Below, piece after piece: positions 1-8,824 of a stretch of DNA of 61,771 bases. Position numbers and translations under genes: made by a program. Each line of letters starts with the position of its first letter. Position 1 is the first letter of the stretch. Origin of the DNA: Phycisphaerae bacterium (lineage in GTDB: Bacteria > Planctomycetota > Phycisphaerae > UBA1845); contig JAFGJQ010000043.1 in the NCBI GenBank assembly GCA_016929015.1, positions 1 through 61,771 of the forward strand, written 5' to 3'. The notes under the pieces were generated by a model. That model was not told the origin of the DNA. It made no database searches and saw nothing but the letters and a program-made list of their open reading frames with translations.

Positions 1-816
1 CAACCCCTGCTGGTACAGCCCATGCCCCACTTCGTGCATTGCGCCGAAGAGGGCGGACGGCAGGAACTGATCGTCGTACCGCGTGGTCAGGCGAACGTCG
101 CCCGGACATGCGCCGGAGGTGAACGGATGCGTCGACACGTCCATCCGGCCCGCCTCGAAATCGAACCCCATGGCCCGGCTGATCTCCAGGACCAGCTCTC
201 GCTGCGCGTCGATCGGATAGTGCCGCCTCAGAATGGACGCGTCCGGCCGCTTGTTCGCCTCCGCAATCGCCTGCACAAGCGGAACCAGGCCGCGGCGCAG
301 CGCCGCGAACAGCTCCGCCACCTGCGCCGTGCTCATGCCCGGCTCATACTCGTCCAGCAATGCATCGTACGGTTCCCCGACGTACCCGATGCACTCCGCC
401 ACGCGACGGCGCAGATCCACCAGCCGCTCCAGAAACGGGGCGAATGTCGGGAAATCACTCTCGCGCCGCGCCCGCTCCCACGCCTCGTGCGCCAGCGACG
501 ACGTCCGGGCAAGCTCGCGAACCAGATCGCCGGGAACCTTCACCGCCCGCTCGTAGGCCCGACGCGTCTCGCGAACATTCGTGTCGGCCACCGGGTCGCC
601 GGTGGGTGCGGTCAGGGCCGCCAGCGCGTCGCCCATCCGCGGCGACGTCAGACGCTCGTGAACCAGCCCCGCCACCAGGCCCGCCTGCTCCGCCCGCGCG
701 TGCACGCCCTTGGGCGGCATGCACACCTGCTGGTCCCAGTCCAGCAACTCCTGAACGGACTGGAGCCGGCCGATGTCCCGCACCGCGTCCAGCAGAATCG
801 CCAAAGCCTCTGTCAC
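1..816 (-). CDS. M32 carboxypeptidase (carboxypeptidase Taq-like), first 272 codons; 3' end runs off the window
   Basis: Absent from the ORF track because there is no stop in the window. Reverse translation from GTG (814-816) gives VTEALAILLDAVRDIGRLQSVQELLDWDQQVCMPPKG...STHPFTSG...DVRLTTRY...AMHEVGHGLYQQGL. These are the HPF, DxRxTTRY and HExxH motifs typical of family M32. An AAGGAAG Shine-Dalgarno-like box lies 6 nt upstream of the GTG. Confidence 0.8.
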   Translation of the reverse strand, partial: MTEALAILLDAVRDIGRLQSVQELLDWDQQVCMPPKGVHARAEQAGLVAGLVHERLTSPRMGDALAALTAPTGDPVADTNVRETRRAYERAVKVPGDLVRELARTSSLAHEAWERARRESDFPTFAPFLERLVDLRRRVAECIGYVGEPYDALLDEYEPGMSTAQVAELFAALRRGLVPLVQAIAEANKRPDASILRRHYPIDAQRELVLEISRAMGFDFEAGRMDVSTHPFTSGACPGDVRLTTRYDDQFLPSALFGAMHEVGHGLYQQGL

Positions 817-866
817 AAACGGCTTCCTTTCTCCCCGGATGCCCGACTTGCTCGAGCCCCCATCGG

Positions 867-1484
867 TCAGAGCTGTATAATCAGGCTGATGCACACGTAG
901 AGCGCGAGCAGCGAAATGATCACTAACGCAGCAACGGCCATACCCCGGCGGGCCCGTCGACGAAGGGCCAGGATGGTCAGGACCAGACCGGCCGCCCAGG
1001 TAATCACCATGCCACAGGCCCCCACGCTCAACCCGAGCGCGACGGGAGGGATCTTCCCCTTCTGGGCGTCTTCCATCCACTGCTTCTGCAGCTCGGCAAT
1101 CGAATCCTGCATCTCCTCCACCGAGCTGCCGGGCTCGACCGCACCCATCATCTGCGTAACGGTCAGAATACCCACGCCCACAAGACAAAGAACAGCAAGC
1201 AGCGACGCCACCAGGGCCCAAACGGCATAGGGGTTCCCCTCGGCGACCCCCACACCCGGCGGACCATATGGAGCAGCCGCTCCGTACGGAGCATCCGCCA
1301 AACCTTCAACCTGCTCGACATTGCCGAGCGGTTTGGCCACCGGAGGCGACAGGCGATCAATCGTCGACGCCGCCGGCGCGGTGATCGTGCGGCGGCAGTA
1401 CGGGCAGGCCACCTGCCGGTGCGCCCATTCGTCATCCACTTCGATGGGCTGCTGACAGCCCGGACAGGCAAACTGAATCGCCAT
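867..1484 (-). CDS. membrane protein with N-terminal double-CxxC zinc ribbon
   Basis: ORF 867..1529. The preferred start is MAIQFACPGCQQPIEVDDEWAHRQVACPYCRR (ATG at 1484), which avoids overlap with the upstream gene. There are two CxxC pairs, a Pro/Gly-rich linker and then 3-4 hydrophobic helices (VWALVASLLAVLCLVGVGIL, VALGLSVGACGMVITWAAGLVLTILAL, VAALVIISLLALYVCISLII). Confidence 0.6.
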   Translation of the reverse strand: MAIQFACPGCQQPIEVDDEWAHRQVACPYCRRTITAPAASTIDRLSPPVAKPLGNVEQVEGLADAPYGAAAPYGPPGVGVAEGNPYAVWALVASLLAVLCLVGVGILTVTQMMGAVEPGSSVEEMQDSIAELQKQWMEDAQKGKIPPVALGLSVGACGMVITWAAGLVLTILALRRRARRGMAVAALVIISLLALYVCISLIIQL

Positions 1485-1518
1485 GGCTTGCTGTCTCTGC
1501 TTACGCCATTGGAACGTC

Positions 1519-3261
1519 TCAGGGGGCAACCAGGTTCAGGTCGCTGATGTCCTCGCCCCCCCGTTCGCCGGTTGTGCTGAATCGCGTAATCTTCCTGCCG
1601 GAATCCACAACAAAGAGGAAGTACAGCTCGTAATCCCCCTTGAGGCTCCAGTCCTTGATCCGCTGGAAACCTCGGACGCCGCCCAGCGACCCGATGACCT
1701 CGGGGAAGTACTGCACTTCCATCACCCGCCGGCCCCCGACGTCGGCCACGGCAATCTGTCCGCAGATCTTGTACTGCGCGCCGGATTCGTCCGTGACGAG
1801 GTAGTTCTTCACCGTCTTGACCGCAAAGCTCTTGGCCTGCCCGAGCAGGCTGCCCGCCCGCAGGTTCACCACGTCCACCTGGAGAAGCGCCTTGCCCTCG
1901 GGCACCTTCAGCCGGTGCAGGGGCTCGCCCGCCCCGGACGTCTCCAACGTGCTGATGACGTGTCCGCTGATCAGCTCACCGTCGCGCATCTCGGCGTCGG
2001 CAACCGACGTGAAGTAGACGCCCGCGTGCGGCAGCGCGTTGCCGAAAGACGCCCCCGTCACGTCCGCGCCGTGCGTCCGGCCGCGCGTCTCCGGACCGGG
2101 CCGACCGGCGCCGTCCCGTTCGGACGGCAGCGGCGGTGTTTCCTCCGCCACGGCGGGGGGCAGGGCGTCTGACGTCACCTTCACCGCCGCCCGCGCGCCC
2201 ATCTTGTACTCCAGAAACACCGGCTCGAACGCATGGCCCTTTGAAACCGGTCCCACCTCGGGCAACTCAAACACTACGGAAATCGAGCCGTCGGCGGCCG
2301 GCGTATACAGCTCACTGGCTGCCCACTTCGTCTTCCCTCGCTCGTCTCGCCTGACGAGAAACCGCTGGTGCTTCTTCGTATCGAACACCGCGATCGGATG
2401 GAACTGCTCCATCACCCCGAACCGACCCCGCCCGACCAGCCGGATCTGATACAACGCAAAACGGTGCTTGCCATCCTCGTCCTGGGCGTCGCTGGTCGGC
2501 TTGAACGTGACCGCCCAAAGCTCCCTGCCGCCTTCCTTCCCGTATGTCGGATCCGGCTCCGCCTTCTCGTTGACCGTGTTTCCCATCTCATTCACACCGG
2601 TCGTAATCCGATAGACGTAGTTCTCCCGAACCATCGAAACGAACTGGATCGCGTCCCGCGGCGCCAGGCACCGGACATCGCGCGGGGCGGTCTGGTTCCA
2701 GCCGATTTCGGTCACGTAATCCGGGTGCTCCAGCCGCCACTCCCGCTCGCCGCTGAACACGCCGCTCGAAAAAAGCGAGGCCAGCCTCACCGCAAAACGG
2801 TCCGGCGAAAACAGCAAACCGTTCGGCTCCGCCTTCGGGTCGAATTTCTCGTCCTTGACCTTGATCTGCCGGAAGCCCAGAAACGGCTCGCCGAACGGCA
2901 GCATCTGCAGGGCCACACCCACCACGCCCATGATGCACAAGGCGGTCACCAGCCCGAAGGCCACCCCACCCACGCGGTCCACGATGCTCGGCAGCAGGCA
3001 GCTCCGCCGCAGCAGGGCATCCAGCGTCAGGCGCAGCGTCACCAGAGGCACCACAAAGCAGATCGCCAGCGACAAGGGAAGGGCAAAATCCGGCTTCCAC
3101 TGGATCAGCCACTCCAGGGCCACGTATTCGTGCAATGCGAAGGCAAACACCAGGCTCAGCACGGTGATGACGCACATGATCATCGCGCTGAACAGGCCGT
3201 GGATGGACTGGTAAAAGGCAACGGCCCCGATCAGCGCAATGAGAAACAGCGAAACCGCCAT
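1519..3261 (-). CDS. 580-aa membrane protein: CvpA-like 4-TM N-terminus plus a large soluble domain of unknown function
   Basis: The N-terminal ~125 aa form four hydrophobic helices (MAVSLFLIALIGAVAFYQSIHGLFSAMIMCVITVLSLVFAF...VGGVAFGLVTALCIMGVVGVAL). The layout resembles colicin-V-production (CvpA) family proteins. I recognise no motif in the remainder. It starts 16 nt downstream of the GspE-like gene. Confidence 0.6.
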   Translation of the reverse strand: MAVSLFLIALIGAVAFYQSIHGLFSAMIMCVITVLSLVFAFALHEYVALEWLIQWKPDFALPLSLAICFVVPLVTLRLTLDALLRRSCLLPSIVDRVGGVAFGLVTALCIMGVVGVALQMLPFGEPFLGFRQIKVKDEKFDPKAEPNGLLFSPDRFAVRLASLFSSGVFSGEREWRLEHPDYVTEIGWNQTAPRDVRCLAPRDAIQFVSMVRENYVYRITTGVNEMGNTVNEKAEPDPTYGKEGGRELWAVTFKPTSDAQDEDGKHRFALYQIRLVGRGRFGVMEQFHPIAVFDTKKHQRFLVRRDERGKTKWAASELYTPAADGSISVVFELPEVGPVSKGHAFEPVFLEYKMGARAAVKVTSDALPPAVAEETPPLPSERDGAGRPGPETRGRTHGADVTGASFGNALPHAGVYFTSVADAEMRDGELISGHVISTLETSGAGEPLHRLKVPEGKALLQVDVVNLRAGSLLGQAKSFAVKTVKNYLVTDESGAQYKICGQIAVADVGGRRVMEVQYFPEVIGSLGGVRGFQRIKDWSLKGDYELYFLFVVDSGRKITRFSTTGERGGEDISDLNLVAP

Positions 3262-3277
3262 ACGCTCGCTCCTGATT

Positions 3278-4963
3278 CTACTTGCCCGGCTCGTCCCGCA
3301 AGCCGCGCAGAATCTCGTCCATGCTCGTGACCCCCTCGATCACCTTCAGCAACCCCTCTTCCATCAGGTAGTGCATCCGGGCCTTGCGCGACTGCGCCTT
3401 GATCAGTTTCAACGGCGCGTTGTCGGCGATCATCGCCCGGATGTTCTCGTCAATCTTCAACACCTCGAACAGGCCCGTTCGACCCACATAGCCGCTGCCC
3501 TGGCACGTCTGGCAAATGATCTCCCGGCCCTTCTTGTCGTAGACCGGTTCCGTGGGCGGCGAGTAAAACGTCTCGATCTTGTCCACCGGAAGGTTGAGCT
3601 TCTTGAGCTTGGCCGGGTCCGGCCGATAGCCCACCCGACACGCCGGGCACAGCTTCCGGACCAGACGCTGGCTCACGGACCCCACCATGACCTGGGCCAC
3701 CAGTTTGCTGTCCTCCACCATCGCCATGAGCCGGGCCAGGGCCTCGATGGCGCTACGGGCCTCCATGCCCACATAGAGCTTCTTCTCATCCGCCGCATTC
3801 GCCGCGATCTGGGCGCTGTCACGGTCCGCGCATTCCCCCACCATCACGATGTCCGGCTCGCGGCGGAGGACGGTCTGCAACATGCGGGCGTAACTCACGC
3901 CCTCGTCCCCCTCCCCCTTGTACGTATGCTGCGTGATGTTGTCGATGTCCAGCAGGGGCCGGCGCTCCAGCGTGTAGATGTTCTGCATGAAGGCGTCGTG
4001 CTCCCGCAGCACCGCGTACTGCGTCGTCGTCACCCCGGATTCCGGCGGCCCGCTGAACAGCACGATCCCGTGCGGCTCCCGAATGAGTTCCTTCACGATT
4101 TCTTCACGCGGCCCGGCCAGCCCCAGGTCCGCCAGCCGACGCAGCTCCGCGCTGGTCTGCACCCGCAGCCGCAGCCGCTCACCCTGCGTCGATCCCGACG
4201 TCTGAATCTCGATGAACCCCAGGTCCACGTCGCCCAGCAGGCCGGCCTTCACACGGCCCTTCTGCGGACGACGCCGCTCCTCCGGATTCAGACCGCCCAG
4301 GCGCTTGAGATACCGCAAAAGCCGCTCGCCGTGGTCGGGCGGACCCGACTGCTGGGGCTGCTCGGCCACCACCCCGTCGATCTTGTAGAAGACCCGCGTC
4401 CGCTCCGGTGTGACCAGAACGTCCGCAAGGCTCGATCGACGCCACAACACGTCAAACACGAAGTCCTGCACCGCGTCGAACATCTGACGCTCCTGCAGGT
4501 CCTCCGGCTGATGAACCGCCTTGCCCTCGAAATTGGCCAGGTGGATCCGCAGCCCCTTGTCTGATTGGGCCGCCTGTTTGTCTCCCTTGGCCCGAGCCAT
4601 GACCCCCTTGATGTGATTCCAGGTCAGGACCCGCGCGTCCGGAACCACCCGACCGTTCCGATGGAAGACGTACGCCAGGGCGGATGCCCCCGCCAGAACG
4701 ACCCAGAATGACAGGCCGATGAAGTAGCTTGCGCCGGACCAGGGCGGCAACAGGCACACCAGCAATCCGGCGATGCCTCCGGCCAACACGATCAGGTTCC
4801 ACTGCTCGCGCTTGGTCTTCACCACGTCCGTGTCACGGTCCACCCACTGGCACAGGTAGCACCACAACACGAACAGCACGAGCACGGCGGCGATTTTGAC
4901 GTAATTGAAGTATCCGGGGTGGACCGACGAAAATTGGGCCAGCAAAGCCATGCTGTTTTGCAT
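3278..4963 (-). CDS. GspE/PilB-family secretion-ATPase homologue, membrane-anchored, with degenerate catalytic motifs
   Basis: The fold markers are retained: tetracysteine CPAC...CQTCQGSGYVGRTGLFEVL and the Walker B region LRREPDIVMVGECAD. Walker A reads GPPESGVTTT (no Lys, 4028-4051). The Asp box reads TLERRPLLDI and the His box KKLYVGMEARSA. The N-terminal ~100 aa carry 3 predicted TM helices. Confidence 0.85.
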   Translation of the reverse strand: MQNSMALLAQFSSVHPGYFNYVKIAAVLVLFVLWCYLCQWVDRDTDVVKTKREQWNLIVLAGGIAGLLVCLLPPWSGASYFIGLSFWVVLAGASALAYVFHRNGRVVPDARVLTWNHIKGVMARAKGDKQAAQSDKGLRIHLANFEGKAVHQPEDLQERQMFDAVQDFVFDVLWRRSSLADVLVTPERTRVFYKIDGVVAEQPQQSGPPDHGERLLRYLKRLGGLNPEERRRPQKGRVKAGLLGDVDLGFIEIQTSGSTQGERLRLRVQTSAELRRLADLGLAGPREEIVKELIREPHGIVLFSGPPESGVTTTQYAVLREHDAFMQNIYTLERRPLLDIDNITQHTYKGEGDEGVSYARMLQTVLRREPDIVMVGECADRDSAQIAANAADEKKLYVGMEARSAIEALARLMAMVEDSKLVAQVMVGSVSQRLVRKLCPACRVGYRPDPAKLKKLNLPVDKIETFYSPPTEPVYDKKGREIICQTCQGSGYVGRTGLFEVLKIDENIRAMIADNAPLKLIKAQSRKARMHYLMEEGLLKVIEGVTSMDEILRGLRDEPGK

Positions 4964-5085
4964 TGTTCCCTACTCGGCTCGCAGGATTCCAGAAACGCTT
5001 TCGCGGGTCGACCGCACCAGACCCGCCCGGGCACACCATCACCCTCCGGTCGGGCCGACCCGGGGTCGGCACAGCGTACCCGGTC

Positions 5086-6402
5086 TCACCCGATGATGCC
5101 ACCACCCGAAACGCTAATCCCTTTGAGCCGCATACGCAACTCATCCGGGTTCGGGGCAACCGAGTATGCCGTCTTCGAGGAAATGAACTCCTCCACCACC
5201 AGCTTACGCAGATACTCGCCGAAGTCGATCATCCCCTCGTTGTACGAATTCCGGATGACGCCCAGAATGTCGTTGTCCCGCTTCTCCGAAATCAGCTTCC
5301 GCACCGTGCTGTTGGCGATCATGATTTCCACGGCCGGTATCCGCGGCACGTCCGCCCGCAACCCCGGCAGAAGCTTCAGGCAGATGATCGCCTGCAGGTT
5401 GAACACCAGCGAGCTGCGCACCAGGTCCCGGGCGTCCTCCGGAAACAACTCCAGCACGCGCGTGATCGTGCTCGACGTGCCCGACGCATGCACCGTCCCG
5501 AACACCAGGTGACCCGACTCCGCCGCCTGAAGTGCCGCTGAAAAAGTTTCCTCGTCGCGCATTTCCCCGATGAGCACCACGTCCGGGTCCTCACGCATCA
5601 GGTACTTCAGCGCGTCATGGAAGTTGTCCACGTCCAGCCCGATCTCACGCTGGTTGATAAACGCCTTCTTGTCCGTGTACATGAACTCGATCGGGTCTTC
5701 CACCGTCACGATGTGGCACGCGCGCGTCTGGTTGATCTGCTCGATCATCGCGGCGATCGTCGTACTCTTCCCGCTGCCCGTGATGCCTGAAACCAGCACC
5801 AGGCCCTGATGCAGCTCCGCAATCGTGGCCAGAGACGTCGGAAGATGCAGCGCGTCGTAATCCAGAATCTCAAACGGAATCCGACGGGCGGCCACCGACG
5901 TCTTCCCCCGCTGGCGGAACACGTTGATGCGGAAGCGAGCCGCCTCACCGAACTGGTAGGCAAAGTCCATCGACCCCTTCCGCTTGTAGATCTCAATCTG
6001 CTCCGGAGTCATGATCTCATAGATCATGGCCTCGATCTCATCGTTGGCCAGCGGACCGCCCTTGATCGACTTGATGTGCCCGCCCATGCGCATTCGGGCA
6101 CGCGACTCCGCCTTCAGGTGAAGGTCCGAAGCCCTCATCTTGTTGACCGTCTTGAAGAACTTGTCGATCCGCTTGGAGCCGTTGCGAGCGGCGGGGCCCT
6201 CCTCCGACTCCACCGCCAGAATCTCCACCGGCTCATCTGTGATTTGTGGGGCATCGTTTCCGCCGGGCTGTTCGGCGGCCGTCTCGTTCAATGCTGGCTC
6301 GTCCACGTGGCTCACCCTCTGTCCTTCGGCGTGTGGGACATCGATCCCCCCGATCGATGCGTCAACATCCGCGTTTCTTGGGTTTGGATTGCTACGGACC
6401 AA
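5086..6402 (-). CDS. pilT: PilT/PilU-type retraction ATPase with ~100-aa acidic N-terminal extension
   Basis: All four catalytic motifs are intact: Walker A GITGSGKSTT, Asp box TVEDPIEFMY, Walker B REDPDVVLIGEMRD, His box GHLVFGTVHAS. Confidence 0.9.
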   Translation of the reverse strand: MVRSNPNPRNADVDASIGGIDVPHAEGQRVSHVDEPALNETAAEQPGGNDAPQITDEPVEILAVESEEGPAARNGSKRIDKFFKTVNKMRASDLHLKAESRARMRMGGHIKSIKGGPLANDEIEAMIYEIMTPEQIEIYKRKGSMDFAYQFGEAARFRINVFRQRGKTSVAARRIPFEILDYDALHLPTSLATIAELHQGLVLVSGITGSGKSTTIAAMIEQINQTRACHIVTVEDPIEFMYTDKKAFINQREIGLDVDNFHDALKYLMREDPDVVLIGEMRDEETFSAALQAAESGHLVFGTVHASGTSSTITRVLELFPEDARDLVRSSLVFNLQAIICLKLLPGLRADVPRIPAVEIMIANSTVRKLISEKRDNDILGVIRNSYNEGMIDFGEYLRKLVVEEFISSKTAYSVAPNPDELRMRLKGISVSGGGIIG

Positions 6403-6597
6403 TCCGGGGTTCGGTCGGCCCGGTCCCCTCCCGGTGCCCCACCGGAAACCGCGGCAGGGCTGGGTCCCAGGAACCCCTATATTGTAACGTCGAAAAGCAG
6501 GGCTTCAAGTCGCGAAACGCCCCCCTTGCAGACACCCGCCTGCGGCATCATCCTGGCAGGGTCGGTTCGCATTCCGTATGCCCCAGGGAGCCCTCTG

Positions 6598-7101
6598 ATG
6601 CGCAAGGCCATCATCGGAGTCATGGGCGGCAGCCACGTGCCCCCCGCCATCGAGCAACAGGCGGAGCAACTCGGCCGCGCCATCGCAGCCCAAGGCTGGA
6701 TTCTGCTCAACGGCGGACGCAACTGCGGCGTCATGGCAGCCTCCGCCCGCGGGGCCCGGGCCGAGGGCGGTACGACCATCGGCATCCTGCCCGGCCAAAA
6801 CACGGACGACGCGGCACCAGACGTCGACATTGCCATCGTCACCGGAATGGGCGACGCGCGAAACCTGGTCAACGTTCTCTCCAGCACGGTCGTCGTGGCC
6901 ATGCCCGGCGGGACGGGAACGGCCTCGGAAGTCGCCCTCGCTCTCAAGAACGGCAAACGCGTGATTCTGCTCGGCTTCCCGGATTCTCCGCTCTTTTCGG
7001 CCCATCGGCAGGCCGGGCAGCTCACCGTGGCGAACACGGTGGACGAGGTCATCGCCCAGGCAACGGCAACGATTGAAGCATTACGGCACGAGGGCGTATG
7101 A
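6598..7101 (+). CDS. TIGR00725/LOG-family Rossmann-fold protein
   Basis: MRKAIIGVMGG...GGRNCGVMAASARGARAEGGTTIGILPG...PGGTGTASEVALAL. GGxxGxM and PGGxGTxxE are the hallmark motifs of the LOG/lysine-decarboxylase-like family. The start was taken at an internal ATG (6598) of track ORF 5809..7101; the upstream part of that ORF is antisense to pilT. Confidence 0.75.
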   Translation: MRKAIIGVMGGSHVPPAIEQQAEQLGRAIAAQGWILLNGGRNCGVMAASARGARAEGGTTIGILPGQNTDDAAPDVDIAIVTGMGDARNLVNVLSSTVVVAMPGGTGTASEVALALKNGKRVILLGFPDSPLFSAHRQAGQLTVANTVDEVIAQATATIEALRHEGV

Positions 7102-7134
7102 TGCCCTCGTCCCGAATCAGCCTGAGGAACCCAA

Positions 7135-8655
7135 ATGCCTGACTACTACATCGGAATTGACAGCGGAACCCAGTCCACCAAGGCGCTCGTCGTGGCCGGC
7201 GACACCGGCCAAGTCGTCGGACGCGGTGCCATACCATACGACCTCATTCCCAGCCTGCCGCCAGGACACTGTGAGCAACATCCGCAAACCTGGGTGGAGG
7301 CAATGGTTGGCGCCGTTCGCGCCGCTATCCGAAACGCCGGGATCGACCCCGCTGCCGTCCGCGGCATCGGCGTCTCCGGCCAGCAACACGGCTTCGTCCC
7401 GCTGGACCGGGAGGGCCGCCCCATCCGACCGGCCAAGCTCTGGTGTGACACCTCCACGGCCGCCCAGTGCAATCGCATCATGGAGGCCGTCGGCGGACCC
7501 CAGGAGTGCTTCCGACTCCTGGGCAATCTGGTGCTTCCGGGCTTTACCGCTTCCAAGATCCTCTGGCTGAAACAGAACGAGCCGGACCACTTCCACCGCC
7601 TTCACACGGTTCTGCTGCCGCATGATTTCCTGAACTTCTGGCTCACCGGCGAGCGAGTCATGGAATGGGGCGATGCATCGGGAACCGCCCTCATGGACGT
7701 ACGGCGCCGTTGCTGGTCGTCCGAGATACTGAAGGCCATCGATCCGGACCTCGAAGACAAACTGCCCCCGCTCCGCGACTCCGGCTTGCCGTGCGGCACA
7801 CTCACCCCAGCCGCCGCAGAAACCCTCGGCCTGCAGCCTGGCGTGCTCGTGGCGGCCGGCGGCGGTGACAACATGATGGCAGCCATCGGCACCGGAAACG
7901 TGTCCCCCGGCGTCGTGACCGCCAGCCTCGGCACGTCCGGCACCATATTCGCGTGCAGCGATCGACCGGTTGTCGACGAAAGGGGCGAAATCGCAGCCTT
8001 CTGCGACTCCACGGGCCATTGGCTCCCCCTGCTCTGCACCATGAACGTGACCATCGCCACGGAGTTGACCAAGGCCCTGTTCGGAATCGATACAGCAGAG
8101 CTGAACGACCTGGCCACAAAAATAAAGCCTGGCTGTGACGGACTGGTTCTGCTCCCCTACTTCTCCGGGGAGCGGTGCCCGAATGTTCCCAACGGCACCG
8201 GCGTCTGGTTCGGGGCCAACCGCACCACGCACACCCCCGCCCACTTCTGCCGAGCCGCGATGGAAGGCGCGGTGCTCGGGATGAACTACGGCCTTCGGCG
8301 GATGCGGGAACTCGGCATCAGCCCCAGGGAGATTCGCCTGACCGGCGGCGGCTCCAACAGCCCGCTCTGGCGGCAGATCGTCGCGGACGTATTCGCTTCG
8401 CCCGTCGTCTGCACGACCGAGGCCGAAGGCGCGGCGCTCGGGGGAGCCGCCCAGGCATGCTGGGCCGTCCGACGCCAGCAGGATGCGGCCGCCCGCATCG
8501 CCGACGTGACGGATCTCTGGGTCCGGCTGGACCCGGCCACTCGCTGCGAACCGGTCCCCGCAGCCACCGCGGTCTACGCCCGAATGCAGGCCCTGCAGGA
8601 TGACCTGTCCGGACGGCTTCGTGAGACGTTTCATCTACGCAGCCGGGGGATTTGA
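7135..8655 (+). CDS. xylB: xylulokinase (FGGY carbohydrate kinase)
   Basis: YYIGIDSGTQSTKALVV, GVSGQQHGFVPLD, LWCDTST, FTASKILWLKQNEP, GGGSNSPLWRQIVADVF. A GAGGA RBS lies at 7124-7128. Confidence 0.9.
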   Translation: MPDYYIGIDSGTQSTKALVVAGDTGQVVGRGAIPYDLIPSLPPGHCEQHPQTWVEAMVGAVRAAIRNAGIDPAAVRGIGVSGQQHGFVPLDREGRPIRPAKLWCDTSTAAQCNRIMEAVGGPQECFRLLGNLVLPGFTASKILWLKQNEPDHFHRLHTVLLPHDFLNFWLTGERVMEWGDASGTALMDVRRRCWSSEILKAIDPDLEDKLPPLRDSGLPCGTLTPAAAETLGLQPGVLVAAGGGDNMMAAIGTGNVSPGVVTASLGTSGTIFACSDRPVVDERGEIAAFCDSTGHWLPLLCTMNVTIATELTKALFGIDTAELNDLATKIKPGCDGLVLLPYFSGERCPNVPNGTGVWFGANRTTHTPAHFCRAAMEGAVLGMNYGLRRMRELGISPREIRLTGGGSNSPLWRQIVADVFASPVVCTTEAEGAALGGAAQACWAVRRQQDAAARIADVTDLWVRLDPATRCEPVPAATAVYARMQALQDDLSGRLRETFHLRSRGI

Positions 8656-8824
8656 GTACCCAGGCCACCCGGGTGGACGGGCGCGGAAGCCACCAGGCCG
8701 GGCGGGCCGATAAGCGGCGAAGTGCCCGTTCAGGATTCTCCAGAAGCGCGGCCTGCCGATTCCACGCTGAAGGAAGGCGGGAACACAGTACGCGTCTGCA
8801 GCGGAACATTGTGGAGGACTGGCC

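Noticed and set aside
22-900. 292-aa plus-strand ORF (and nested ORFs 233-556, 360-926, 455-724)
   Set aside because: It is Arg/Pro/Ala-rich junk lying antisense to a clear M32 carboxypeptidase reading frame (HExxH, HPF, DxRxTTRY) on the minus strand.
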